Assembly (NCBI GenBank): GCA_030390025.1 | Contig: CM059431.1 | Location: forward strand, 152,708,001-152,772,000 | Direction of reading: 5' to 3' | Origin: Squalus acanthias | Lineage: Eukaryota | Length of the DNA: 64,000 bases | Shown: positions 10,760 through 24,272 of the stretch, in pieces | Numbering within the stretch: the stretch's first letter is position 1 | Layout of the letters: each line of letters starts with the position of its first letter | Notes under the pieces: generated by a model | What the model saw: the letters and a program-made list of their open reading frames with translations, nothing else | Databases searched by the model: none | What the model was told of the DNA's origin: nothing | Program-made: the position numbers and the translations under genes

Positions 10760-13700
10760 TCCAGAAAGGACAGAACCATGAAAGCGGACCTGAGCAAGAT
10801 GAGGGGCGGCGGCATAAAAGCAGCGGGAGAAAAGATCCTGGGGCGGAGCAGACCAGAGCAGCAGCGGCATATTTATTCGGTTAATTCAAAAACAACAACA
10901 AATTATCAAGGAGTGACGTCACCGGACAGCAGGTAGGTGATTGGTTGGTGAGTATTACAGCTGAGTTTGCTCTCGAAGCAAGCGAAGTGGGTTCAAAATA
11001 TAACTTTAACGAGATGTAGTAAGTAGTTAAAAAATAAACCATGAGCTAAGTTAATTGAATGCATAAACATTATTTAATTAATTACCTAAAACGAGGTTCT
11101 TTCGTGTTGGCAGTGCAAGTTGTGTGCCGCAACATGATCAAGTGGAATGTTTGTGGCGAGCATCGCGACCCCTGATGACCATGTCTGCAGTTAGTGCCTG
11201 CACCTCGAGGAACTTCAGCTCGGAGTTGTTGAACAGAAGACCGAGGTGTAGACATTGCGAGGCATCAGGGCGGGGGGGAGTTACCTGGACACTTTGATCC
11301 TGGAGGCAGTCACACTCATTCGCTAAGGTAGTGGAACAGGCCTGGTGGTGGCCAGGGACAGGATGGTGTGGCTGCGACTTAGACAGGTAAGGGGACCCCA
11401 GGTTGCAGCCCTGGAGGAGTCTCGGCTTAGTACGTATTCAGCAGGTATGTGGTTCTTGCTGCCTGTGTGGATGAGGGCAAAGTCTGCAGTAAGGATGTGC
11501 AAACTTACCACGGCACCGTGGTATAGGAGGCCATTCGAGTGGGGGGGAGTTAAAATGAATGAAGTTGTGGTAGGGGACAGTATAGTCAGGGGGTGAAATA
11601 CTGTTCTCTGCAGCAACGACCGGGTGCTCCGAAGGCTCTGTTGCCTTTCAGGATTAAGGATATCTCCCCGCAGCTGGAGAAACATTTGGAGGGGGAGGGG
11701 AAGGATTCAGTGCTCGTGGTCCATGTAGGAACCAATGACATACGTCGAACTAGAAATGAGGTTCTGCTGAGAGAGTTTGAGGAGCGAGCATACAATTTAA
11801 AATGCAGGACCTCAAAATAATAATTTCTGGATTGTAACCTCATCCACGTGCAAATTACCATAGGGATAAGCAGAACCGAGAGTTGAAGGATTTGTTGAAA
11901 GAATGGTTTGGGAGGAAGAGATTTGGATTCATGGGCACTTGCACCAGTTCTGGAAAAACAGTGAGCTGTTCCATTGGGAGGGGCTCCACTTAAACCGGGT
12001 TGGGACCTGTATCCTGGTGAATCGAATAACACGGACTGTTAATGGGGCTTTAAACTAAAAGTCAAGGCAATGGAGCAGTGTATCGATGTGGGTAAAGATA
12101 AGCAGAGTGCGACAGGAAAGGACAGAGAGCTTAACGGTAATGGGGCATCAGCGAATAAGGAGAAAGCAGAGAATAATGGTAAAAAGTTAAAATTAAAGGC
12201 TGTTTGTCTGAATGCACGAAGCATTCGTAACAAGGGATCTATAAGAAATTAAACCAGACTAAATATAAACGAAACAGGAACGGAGAGCATAGGACGGAAT
12301 AAACTAAGGGAGGGCATAGACTCTACGTAATAAATAGAGTTATTGAACTAGAGAGTTAAAATATGGTTAAAAATAAAGCGAAGAGAACTGCTATTAAGCA
12401 TGAGTTAAACACCCTGTACAGCAATGTGCACTATGTCCGTAATAAAACAGGGGAACTGGAGGCACTAATATGTTGCGAGGAACCAGATATTGTAGGAAAT
12501 TCTAAGACATGGCTACAAAAAAGCAGGACAGCGAATTAAACATTGCAGGGTATGTTTAGAAACGATAGAGAAGGGAAAAGGGAGATGGAGTAGTTGTGCT
12601 TATTATAGGTAACATATTGGCAGTAGAAAATATGACGCAGCTATCAGTAAGACAGAAATAGAATCCAAGTTGATAGAGATAAAAGATAATGAAGGGTGAG
12701 TACACACCCAGAGGAAGTCTACAGACTACTAATGGTGGAAGAGGAGATGAAGGAAGAAATTTGGAAACAAATGAGAGAAATTAGTAAAAAAAAAAATATG
12801 TGGAGTTTAAACTGCCCCGAAATTAATTGGGCAGAAGAGCTAGGTAAAGGGAATAAGGGAATGGAGTTCCTACTATGTGAAAAGGACTCCTTTCGAACCC
12901 AATAGGTAAGAAGTCGAAAAGGGAGAATTAGCTACTGGATCGAGTAATGGGGAATGAAACAGAGCAGATAAGAGAAGTAAAAGTGGGGCAGCATCTTGGT
13001 AATAGTGACCACAATATAATACGATTTCAGGTAATAATTGAGAAGAACATACGTATGACGCCGAACAGGGTAATAGATTGGAGAAAATGCGATTTTGAGG
13101 GGCTGAGAATAGAACTTGGGAAAATAAAATGTACCACAATATTGGCAAGCAATGATGTAGAACAACAATGGGAAACATTTATTCAGCAGGACCAGGAAAA
13201 TATAGTCCACTAAAATTCAAGAACAAACTAAGCACTAATGAGACGCCATGGATGAATAAAGACATAAGGGAAAAATTGAGGATAAGGAAAGAGGCATACA
13301 CTAAGAAAATGGACAACAGGGAAGATCATGGCAAGGGAGAATGTGAAGAGAATAGAGAAGTCAAAAAAACAATAGGAAGGCAAAGGGGAACTTGCGATTA
13401 AATTAGCAAGCAACATAAAACAAAGTAATAAAATATTCTACAGGCAGGTAAATAAAAAGGACATTTGGGATGGGAATACGGCCATTCAGGAACGGTCAGG
13501 ATAAAATCAAAGGCAGTGATATCGAAATGCCAGAAATATTACATAATTACTTTACTTCAGTATTTACCAGGGAGACGGTCAGGTAGACGTGACATCGGAA
13601 AATAAGATTAGAAATTATATAACCACATTTAAAATTAAAAAGGAGAACTATTAAATAAATTAATCGAACTCAAACAGGAGAAATGCCCTGCTCTAGACGG

Positions 13701-15260
13701 ATTATATTCGTTCCTTTTAAAGGAATCCAGGGAAGCGACAGAAGAGACACTATTACACATATTTAATAATTCGTTAGGAAACGGTATAGTTCAAAAGGAC
13801 TGGTGGATAGCTAACGTAATACCTATATTTAAGAAGGGAAATGGAACATGTCCATGGCACTATAGAGCAGTCATCTTAACATCGGTGTTAGGATAAATAA
13901 TGGAATCCCCACTAAATGAAAAAAATAGAAGGAAATCTAGAAGACAAAAATATAATAATGATTAGTCAGCATGCATTTCGAAAGAGAAAGTCTTGTTTGA
14001 CCACACTCATTGAATTCTTTGAAGAGGTAACAGAGAGCGTTGGCAAGGGTAAAGTAATAGACGTAATTTATCGAGATTTCAAAAAAGCCTTCGATAATTT
14101 ACTGAATAACAGACTAATGAAAAAGGTCAGAGAATGCGGAGTGAGGCAACAAGTAGCAGAATGGATAGTTAGCTGGCTTCAAGACAGAAAGCAGAGAGTA
14201 GGGTAAAGGTTAGCTATACGGAGCGGCAGATTATGAAAAGTGGGGTCCCACAATGATCAGTGCTGGGACCATGTTTGTTCACAATTTATGTTAACAATTT
14301 AGACTTTGGAATCAAAAACACTATTTCTAAATTGGCGGATGTCACCAAATTGGGGGAAGGGTGCGGCTGTGATAGTCAGTACTGAGGAGGGCTGCAACAA
14401 ATTACAAGAAGACATTAATAAACTTGCAGAATGGGCAAATGCATTTCAACACAGATAAATGGGAGGTATTCTTTTTGGTAAGAAAAATAAGGAAGTCACA
14501 TATTACTTGGAAAATAAGAATCTAAATGGGATAGAAAAGCAAAGCGATCTTGGATTACAAATACACAAATCAGTAAAACTAGCGACGCAGGTTTATAAAT
14601 GCAAGCGACACATAAAAAAGCAAACCAAGCACTCGGGTTTAATTCAAGAGGGATAGAATTGAAAAGTGGGGAATTATGCGAAACTTGTATCGAACCTTTG
14701 TAATACCACCCTTGGAGAACTGCGGACAGTTCTGGTCGCCAAATTATAAAAAAGATATAGAGGCACTGGAGAGGGTGCACAAAAGATTTACAAGGATGAT
14801 ACAAGAACTGCGAGGATATACCTATCAGGAAGTATGAACAGGCTGGGTCTCCTTTCTATTGAAAAGAGAAGGCTGAGGGATGACCTAATAGAGGTCTTTA
14901 AAATATGAAAAGGTTTTGATAGATAGACAGAGAAAGCATGTTTCCACTTCTGGGGAAGAGCAAAACTGAAGGCCATCAGTGTAAGATAGTCACCAAGAAA
15001 TCAAATACGGAATTCATAAGAAAGTTCTTACCAATAGAATGTGAGGATGTGAACCTCGCTACCACAGGGAGTGGTTCAAGCAAACAGTATAGACACATTT
15101 GAAGGGAGGCTAGATAAGAATAGGAGGGAGAAGGGAATATAGGGTTGTGCTGATAGAGTTAGATGAGGAAAGATGAAAGGAGGCTCGAGTGGAGCTTAAA
15201 CGCCGACATGGACTGGTTGGGCCGAATGGTCTGTTTCTGTGCTGTATATCCTGTGTAAAC
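10760..15260 (+). mobile_element. Near full-length degenerate CR1 LINE
   Basis: 5' UTR, ORF1 remnants (VVGDSIVRG, VHVGTND), EN and RT remnants (DFKKAFD), 3' tail; many stops and frameshifts. Confidence 0.9.
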
Positions 15261-16297
15261 TGCTTTCATCTCCAAGAGAAAGCAATCAGTTAACTATCTT
15301 AAATATACTTACCTGACTTGTACTAGATTGTGAATTGATACCAGGATGAGATTTTTTGGCGAGTTGTGCCCAGGTGATTTCGGCTAAGAAGGTACAGTAC
15401 AGAATAGAAAGAAGTAGACTGCTGCCATTATTTGAGGGATCTGGAACGAACGGCTATAGATTAAACAATGGATTGAAGAGATTTAGAACGGGTGGTCAGA
15501 GACTCCTCTTACATTGAGAATGGTGAAGTTGTGGAATTAACAGAGGCAGAAATTATGTCAAAATTGGAGACTAAATTGTATGAACAAAAATAGGATGAAT
15601 TGATGTTGAGACCGGGCGGATAAAGTGATTGGAACTATTTGATCGGCTGGAGGGTAAACGCTGAGAAGGACTAATTGGGTTAAACAGTCTTTTCCCCTCT
15701 TATAACATTCCAACAAACTGATGACCAGTTGAGATTTTCAGTAAATATCTGTGAACAAAGATGTCTAATGTCACATTGACGGGTCAAGTTCCTACTGTCT
15801 CCATCATTAAACACTGATCAGGAGACAGGGCCCCGTTCTATTGGTCCAGGTGACAATGGGGGGCGGAGTCTGATGGGGAGTCCAGCGCCTGCAACATTCA
15901 CACCAAGATTACAGAATTACAAATAAACACCATTGTAACACATTGTTTCTACACTAAAGGAATATCTATCTGTTAATTAAACTGAGCGTCTCATTCCAGT
16001 AGCTGCTGTGTGAGGTAGTTAACGCTGACGCACACATGTTCTACTCCACTGCTGAAGCTCAGTCATGACTGTTCTCCTTGAATCTTGAGCGGGAAAGGCG
16101 CTGTTTTAGCGGGAATCGATTATGTTCACCAGAGGAAAGCAGCAGACATCAAACACACGGCACAAAGTGGGAGAAATATTTCCTGAACCCTGTTCATTTT
16201 CACAAGAACAATCCGCTTTTGTCCCAAGGGAAAGATTGCCATTCTAAAACGGAACACGGGCTGTAATTGAGCTCTAGTTAGGACAGGAAGTTATGTT

Positions 16298-17205
16298 TTA
16301 ATTCTTCATTTTATTAACCAATATCAGAATCAATGTCCAAGGAGATTTCACCATCTTCACCAACTCTTGCCTGAATTTGGTTTGTGTCGCTGCATAAATG
16401 CAGGTGTTTGTACAGGAACTCAAATACATGAGCATAAATCCGCTTTCAGACAGGATGTATGCAGGGGTTTCATACTCACCTTTGTAATAAACGGCCAGGC
16501 TGTCAGTGATGAAGCTCATGGCAGATGTGAACCACAACAGTATAAAACTGCCCGATACAGTGAACAGTAAAATGATGGATTTCCTCCGGCTCTCCATCTC
16601 TGGATCGCTCTGATTCTCACTGCAGTGACCCCGGAGTCGCCTGCGGGCCCGACTGCTTACTACAATTCGTCTGACTGTCAAACAATTAAACAGTAATATC
16701 AAAGCAACAGTAAACCATGGAACTAAAATAATTTGAATGCGCAAATAGGCTATGCCTGCAGGAGAAGAGTAAAAGGCTACATTGGCGCGGCATCCCCAGG
16801 AAACATTGTTAATGATTCGTTGAGATTCATAGGAGAAAGCAAAGGGGATATTCTCGATACAGACCAGCACAAGGACAGTTGTTAAAACAGCTGCCGCAGT
16901 TCTCACTGTGCAATATTTTGTTTTAAACTTCTGACAACATATTGTTACAAATCGATCAAAAGTGAACAAGGCTGTAAACCACACCGACATATCCAGGGTG
17001 ACGGCATTGATGTAATGAATGGACTTACACACGGGAGTGTAGAACAGGAATGAATGCGGAAAGTGGTAACAGAAAATCTGAAACACCAGTATATGGAAGA
17101 TGATGACCAGTAGATCTGCTGTCGCCATGGCCACCATGTAGACCGAGATACATTTGGAAAGGCCGCAATTTCCTCTGGAGAGAATCAGGATTGTCAGTAG
17201 GTTCG
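16298..17205 (-). CDS. GPR139-like class A GPCR, paralog A, exon 2
   Basis: 7TM pattern with MATADLL, TFDRF and SSCTNTCIY; acceptor cttacag at 17206; phase-1 join with exon 1 gives 325 aa. Confidence 0.9.
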
Positions 17206-17334
17206 CTGTAAGGAAGAGGGAGAAGAGGTTAGTAACAGGGACATCCGGTTAAACCTCACAGCTTATTGTGGGGGAATGCTCAGATGCGGGGACCAACATT
17301 GTTGTTTTGCCATATAGGCGAGCATTGAGGTGTC

Positions 17335-18305
17335 AAAGAGCCATACAGTCATTACGGCAGAGAGGGAGGGCATTCGTCCCATCGAGTCCGTACCGCTCTC
17401 TGTAGAGCAATGCAGTCAGTCCCATACTCCCGCCCCACCCCCCACTGCGCCACTGTCCCCGCAGCCGTACAAGATTATTTCCCTCAAGTGCCTATCAAGT
17501 CTCCCCTTGAAAACATTGAGTGTCTCCGCTTCCACCACATCCGTCGGCAGTGAGTTCCAGGTCCTCACCACTCACTGCGTAAAAAAGTTATTCCTCACAT
17601 CCCCCCTGTATCTCTTACCCAAAACCTTCAATCTGTGTCCCCTAGTCTTTTTACCATCAGCTAGTGGGAATAGCCTTTCCCCGTCTAGCCTATCCAAACC
17701 CGCCATAATTTGCACACCTTTATCAAATCACCCCTCAACCTCCTTTGCTCTAATAAAACAAAATCCAGCTTCTCCAACCTGTCCTTGTAGCCAAGAACCC
17801 CCATCCCCGGAAACATTCTGGTAAATCTCCTCTGCACCCTCTCAAGGGCCTTCACATCCTTCCAAAAGTGTGGTGACCAGAACTGGACGCAATACTCCAG
17901 TTGTGATCCAACCAGTGCTTTATAAAGTTCTGCATCACTTCTCTGCTTTTGTACTAAATACCACTATTTATGAAGCCTAAGATCCCATATGCTTTGTTAA
18001 CCAATCTCTCAATATGTCCCGCCACCATCAGGGACCTATGCACATTAACTCCCAGGTCCCTCTGTCCCTGCAAAATCTTTAAAACTGTGCCATTGAGTGT
18101 ATATTGCCTCTCCCTGTTCCTTCTGCCAAAATGCATCACCTCACACTTCTCTGTATTAAATTCCATCTGCCGCTTGTCTGCCCATTCTGCTAGCCTTTAT
18201 ATGTCCTGCTGCAGCTACTGTTTGCCACACCCCAAGTTTGGTGTCATCGGCAAATTTAGAAATTCTACCCTGTATTCCAATATCCAGGTCATTTATATAT
18301 ATCTT
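17335..18305 (-). mobile_element. CR1 3' fragment in the intron of paralog A only
   Basis: FNTEKCEVMHFG motif and CR1 tail; the paralog B intron is contiguous across this site (~38885). Confidence 0.88.
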
Positions 18306-18809
18306 AAAAAATTGATTTAAAAGGAATGAAACACTGAATATTCAATATAGAGGGACTCAAATTCCGACTCCCTTCCACCATACTTCAGGCAGTGGTTAAA
18401 TATAATTTCGCAGCAATTACTGGAAATATCTAGATTCAATAAAACATTCAGCTGTTGGGTGGAGGTAGCTGCAGTCCGAGCAATTATCAACTTAAAATAG
18501 ACAGGGAACTACGGGACAAATGATATTAATACTATGGACACTAAGCAACACATTTTTTACTGGACTATGTACTGTTGGAGGAGCCGGGGAATCAGCCTCG
18601 CACTCCCTCAGTGTAGAGAGGGAAGTTGAGTGCCCGTGCCGAAGATCTGCCCGACAGAGTAGCACCTAACCGGCCGCGCGGACTGGTCGGATTCCCGCTG
18701 ATATTCACCAAATTATCCCGGTAGATAAATGATCTTCACGGAATCTGTTACATAATCATTAACAGTGAGATCGTCAACAACTATTAAACAACAGGATGCA
18801 TTGACTTAC

Positions 18810-18879
18810 CGAGAATACCAAAGACCGCGAGAAAATTATAGTATATGTCCTTTATCTGTAGAATTATTGGCCGTGCCAT
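18810..18879 (-). CDS. GPR139-like paralog A, exon 1 (MARPIILQIKDIYYNFLAVFGIL)
   Basis: ATG at 18879, donor G|gtaagt at 18809; 70-nt exon, phase compatible with exon 2. Confidence 0.85.
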
Positions 18880-18957
18880 TTTTAGAAGACTGTGTGAATA
18901 CTGTCCAGCTTTACAGTTCCGACTGGATTGAAGTCCGAGATCCGTAAATGCTCCCCC

Positions 18958-18963
18958 TTTATA
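18958..18963 (-). promoter_or_regulatory. TATA box of paralog A
   Basis: TATAAA ~80 nt upstream of the ATG, conserved in paralog B. Confidence 0.6.
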
Positions 18964-19267
18964 GAACAATCCATCCCCCGGTGAGCAAACCAGGTTACAC
19001 AATAATTGAACTTAGTTACAGTCACTTAACAAACAAGGGGCTATTTTCCGCTACAGTGCGTCCGGTCCACCAATGGGGAAATTGAACAGCTCAGTCCATG
19101 AAACTCCGTCCATTTAAATCAAAGAAAGGGAGTTAATCCCAGATGGAATGTGCTCTGCGCCCGTCATGTGATCCCTGAAGGGAGCATCTCTCCAAGTCCC
19201 TGTGTTAGCTTCTTAGAGCCTCACATAATTTGGTGAAATCTCTCTCATCCATTACATAAGTAATGCT

Positions 19268-20695
19268 TTAACGTTACTGTTGATATCTCTGCCCAGACAT
19301 TAATGGTCGTCACCCTTCTCTAATATTACTACTGGTAATCCTAAACTAATATTACTGGTGGTGGCCATCATCTAACATTAATGGTGATGGCTCTACTCTA
19401 ATATTACTGGTGGTGAACCTACTCTAACATTACTGGTCATAACTCAACATAAGATTACAGATGGAGACCCTATACTAACATTACTGGTGATGATCCTCCT
19501 CTAACATTGCTGGTAGTGACCCAACTTGAACATTACTGGTGGTAACTCTACTCATGCCTTACAGCTGGTGACAGCACTCTAACATCCGGGAAGGCGCTGA
19601 ATACCTCCAGCCTCTTCGCCGGGAGCAAGCGGAAGCCAAGCGCAAGCAGCGCAAGGAGTGCACGTCAACCCAAGCACCCCACCCACCCGCCCGTTCAACC
19701 ACCGTCAGCCCCACCTGTGACAGAGACTGTAGGTCCCGCATTGGTCACATCAGTCATCTGAGAACTCAATTTTAATGTGGAAGCAAGTCATCGTCGGTTC
19801 CGAGGGACTGCCTAAGAAGAAGAAGAAGAGACCGGAGTTTAATCTGCTCTAACATTACTGGTGGTGAACCTATTCTAACATTAAAGCTGCGGAATCTAAT
19901 CTAACGTTACTGGTGGTGACTGCACTCTAACATTACTGCTGGTGACCCTACTCTAACATAACTGATGGTGATTCTACTCTAACATTACTTGTGATGACAT
20001 TTCTCTAACTTTACTGGTGGTGGCTCTACTCTAACATTACTCGTCCTGACCTCACTCTAATATTACTGGTGATGAAAATAGTCTAACATTACTGGTGGAG
20101 ACCCTTCTCTAACATTACAGATGGTGACTCTACTCTATCATTGCTGATGTTTACCCTTCTCGAACATTGCTGTTGGTGACTCTACTCTATTAATGCTGGT
20201 GCTGAATCTACACGAACATTACTAGTGGTGATCCATGTGTAACAGTACTGGTGTAGACTCTATTCTAACATTACTGGTGCTGAATCTGCATTAATATTAC
20301 TGGTGATGACACTTGTCTAACATTACTGGTGGAGTCCCTACTCTAACCTTACTGCTGTTGTCCCTACTCAAACGTTGCTGATGCTGACTCTACTCCAACA
20401 ATACTGGTGATGACCCTCCTCTAACATTACTGGTGGTGACTCTAATCTAACAGTGCTGGTGACGACCCTCCTCTAACATTACTGGAGGCGACTGTACTGG
20501 AACATAACTGGTAGTGGCCCTCGTCTAATATTATTGGTTGTCACACTGCTCTAGCATTACTGGAGGCGACTCTACTCCAACGTTGCTGGTGGTGACTGTA
20601 CTCTAACGTTACTGTTGGTCGCTCTTTTCTAACCTTTCTGATAGTGACACTACACTAACATTCCTGGTGTTGACTCTATTCCATCATTACTGGGG
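19268..20695 (-). repeat. 26-bp satellite, reverse orientation (ACTCTAACATTACTGGTGGTG...)
   Basis: Degenerate tandem units, reverse complement of the 33085-37925 array. Confidence 0.92.
19585..19830 (+). mobile_element. RTE-clade LINE 3' fragment
   Basis: Matches the 3' end of the element at 35275-36337; (AAG)n tail. Confidence 0.85.
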
Positions 20696-21682
20696 GTAGG
20701 GTGCCCTCGGTGTGAGGATGGACCTAGTCTCCACAAGGATTGTGCATGATCACACCTACAAATTCTTTCAAGCACAGATGCATCAGGAGGAAGTCAACTG
20801 GGTTTTCCCCCGTGTGGGTTCTCTCATCCCCTCCCGCACGCCCAATCTGGCAGTTATGTACTTTAGTGGTGCTACCGAGCCGGTCCTGGTGATGGACATT
20901 GAAGTCCACGACCCAGAGTACATTCTGCGGCCTCGCTAACCGCAGTGCTTCTTCCAAGGAGGCGGACTGATTCATCAGCTTAGGGAGGGCGGTTGTCAAT
21001 CAGTCGGAGCTTTCCTTTCCCATGTTTGACCTGTTGCCCCGAGACATCATGGAGTTCGAAATAAATGTTGAGGACTCTCAGGGCCACTCCGACCCGACTA
21101 TAAACTGGAGTACCGCCACATCTGGTGGGACAGGATAGATCCAGGGATGGAGATGGAAGAGACTGGGACATTGGCTGAAAGATATGATTCTGTCAGTATG
21201 ACTGTGTCAGGCTGCTGTTGGACTAGTCTGTGGGGCAGCTCAGCTAATTTTAGCACAAGTCCCCAGATGTTAGTGATGAGGAATTTGCAGGGTCGAATGG
21301 GTGGTCTGTGCCTTTGTCGTGTCCGAACCCGATCCGTCCAATTTTATTCTTATTATACTCATTTAGAGCGCGTTGATACAAATGAGTGGCTTCTTCGGCC
21401 ATTTCAGAAGATAATTAAGAGTCACATATAGGCCTTACAGGCAAAGGATGGCAGGTTTCTTCCCTACTATCCATTAGTGAACAACTTGCCTTTCTACAAT
21501 AATCGATAGCTTCATGTACATCATGCATGATACTTTCATTTTATTAGAGATTTATTTAACTGACTGCATTGAAATTCCCAGATTGCCATGGGAGGCTCGG
21601 GTTTGGAACTCACATCTTCGTATTATTAGTCCCGCTCTCTGGATTACCAGTTAAGCAACATAACCATTATGCTGCCGTACCT
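20696..21682 (-). mobile_element. CR1/L2-group LINE 5' fragment with SINE-like head
   Basis: QNVLWVVDFNVHHQ endonuclease remnant; head similar to 22770-23070. Confidence 0.7.
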
Positions 21683-21684
21683 TG

Positions 21685-22752
21685 GAGAGGTCACCAACAG
21701 AAATGTCAGAGACTTGTCCTCGCCATTATTGTGAGCGTGGAGTCATCATCAATAATCATAGAGTAGGGTCATCAACAGTAATGTTCTAGTAGGTTCAACA
21801 CCGTTAATGTTAGAGTAGAGTCACCACATGTTATGTTAGATGGGTCCCACAATCAATCAATTTAGAGTTGAATCTCCACCGGTGATGTTAAAATAGGTCA
21901 CCACCATTGATGTTAGAATACAATTAACACCAGTAATGTTAGGGTAGTGTAAGCAAGAACAGTGTTAGATTAGTGTCAAGAACAATAATAGGAATAAAGG
22001 CCAGTAATGTTAGAGTAAATTCACCACCGGTGATGTCAGATTAGGGTCACCACCTGTATTGTTAGTGTAGAGTTATCACCAGTAATGTTGTAGTAGGAAC
22101 ACCTCTAATATTATTGGGTCCGAGTACTGACCGGAACTTGTTATAATGCAGTTCCAAACAGTAATGTTGCAGTAGGGTGACTTCCACTAACGTTAGATTA
22201 GGCTACAGCCCCAGTAGTGTTAGTACTGAGTCATCACAGAATCCCCACAGTGCAGATAGAGGCCATTTCGGCCCATCGAGCCTGCACCGACACATATCCC
22301 ACCCTATCCCAGTAACCCCACGTATTTAATCCCTCTAACACTAAGGGTCAATTTATCACAGCCAAATCAACCTAAACCGCATATCTTTGGACTGTGGGAT
22401 GAAACCGGAGCACCCGAGGAAAACCTATGCAGACACGGGGAGAATGTGCAAACTCCACACAGACAGTCATCCATAGGCCGGATTCGAACCCGGGTCCCTG
22501 GCGCTGGTGAGGCAACAGTGCTAACCACTTTGCCACCGTGTTGCCCATGATCAATAATGTTAGAGTCGGGTCACCACCAGTAACGTTGGAGTAGAGTCAC
22601 CATCAGTAAGGTCAGAGTCGAGTCACCGCCGGTGATATTAGAGTAGGGTGAACTCCAGTAATGTTAGAGTAGGATCAACACCAGCAGTAAAGGTAGAGTA
22701 GGGTCAACACTAGAAATGTTAAAGTAGGCAATAGGCCAGTAATGTTATAGTA
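21685..22752 (+). repeat. 26-bp satellite, forward orientation, degenerate
   Basis: caccagtaatgttagagtag units. Confidence 0.85.
22236..22546 (-). mobile_element. HE1-like tRNA-derived V-SINE with CR1-type tail
   Basis: tRNA head (gggttcgaatcc B box), V-domain-like gtgtggagtttgcacattctccccgtgtctg, 3' gatgggccgaaatggcct tail. Confidence 0.85.
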
Positions 22753-22764
22753 GGATAACTTTTA

Positions 22765-24272
22765 ACATATTGGTAAGTTTACTGGGCTAGTAATCCAGAG
22801 GCGAGGACTAATGATCCAGTGATGTGAGTTCAAATCCCACCACGGCTGCTGGGGAATTGAAATTCAGTTAATTAAATACATCTGGAAAATAAGCTAGTAT
22901 CTGTAATGGTAACCATCGGATTGTCGTAAAAACCCATCTGGTTCACGAATGTCCTTTCGGGAAGGAAATCTGCCGTCCTTACCTGGTCAAGCCTATATGT
23001 GAGTCCAGACACACAGTAATGTGATTGACTCTATACTGCCCTCTGAAATTGCCCAGCAAGCCACTCAGTTATAACAAACCACTACGAAACACAATAAGAA
23101 GAATAAATCGGAAGAACCACCCGGCATCGACCTCGGCACCAGCTACGAACACGACAATGGCACACCCAGCCCGGTCGACTCTGCAATGTCCTCCTCACCA
23201 ACATCTGGGCACTTGTGCCGAAATTGGCAGAGCTGTCCCACAGACTAGTCAAGCAACAGACTGACATAATCATACTCAAAGAGTCATATTCCATGATGAA
23301 CACCACTTGGAAGAAGCACTGTCAGTAGCAAGGGCACAGAATGTGCTCTGTGTGCAGGACGTCAAAGTCCATCACCAAGAGTGGCGCGGGTCCCCCACTA
23401 ACGACCAAGCTGGTCGTGTCCTTAAGGATATAGCTGCCAGTCTGGGCCTGCGACAGGTGGTGATAGAACTAACACGAGGATAAAACCTACTTGACCTCGT
23501 ACTCACTGATCTAACTGTTGCAGATGCATCTGTCCATGACAGATTTGGTAGCAGTGAACACCGCACAGTCATTGTGGAGACGTAGTCCCGTTTTCACACT
23601 GAGAACACCCTCCATCGTGTTGTGGCCCTACCACCGTGCTAAATGGGATAGATTCAGAACAGATCTAGCAGCTCAAAACTGGGCATCCATGAGGCGCTGT
23701 GGGCCATTAGCAGCAGCAGAATTGTATTCCACCACAATCTATAAAATCATGACCGGGCATTTCCCTCACTCTACCATTACCGTCAAGCCAGGGGACCAAC
23801 CCTGCTTCAATAAAGAGTGTAGAAGAGCATGCTAGGAGCAGCACTAGGCGTATCTAAAACAGATGTGCCAACCTGGGGAAGCTGCAACACAGGACTACGT
23901 GCATGTTAAAAAGCGGAAGCAGCATGCTACAGACAGGGCTAAGAAATCCTACAATCAACGGATCAGATCAAAGCTCTGCAGTCCTGCCACATCCAGTCGT
24001 GAATTGCGGTCGACCATTAAACAATGGAGGAGGCTCCATGAATATCCCCATCCTCAATGATGGTGGAGCCCAGGACGTGAGTGCAAAAGACAAGGCTGAA
24101 GCGTTTACAACCATCTTCAGCCAGAAGTGCAGAGTGGATGATCCATATCGGCCTCCTCCTGAGTTCCCCACCATCACAGAAACCAGTCTTCAGTCAATTC
24201 GATTCACGCCACGTGATATCAAGAAACGGCTGAGCGCACTGGATACGGCAAAGGCGATGGGCCCCGACAATT
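22765..24272 (+). mobile_element. CR1/L2-group LINE 5' half with tRNA-like head
   Basis: gagttcaaatccc B-box-like motif, then EN remnants and KAEAFTTIFSQKC, KAMGPDN. Confidence 0.75.

Larger units (their letters stand above)
5808..19300 (+). repeat. Left arm of a large inverted segmental duplication
   Basis: Colinear reverse-complement match to ~37925-48930 (minisatellite, unique module, L2, MITE site, CR1, GPCR gene, promoter); ~89% identity in one 123-bp hand-aligned flank. Confidence 0.93.
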
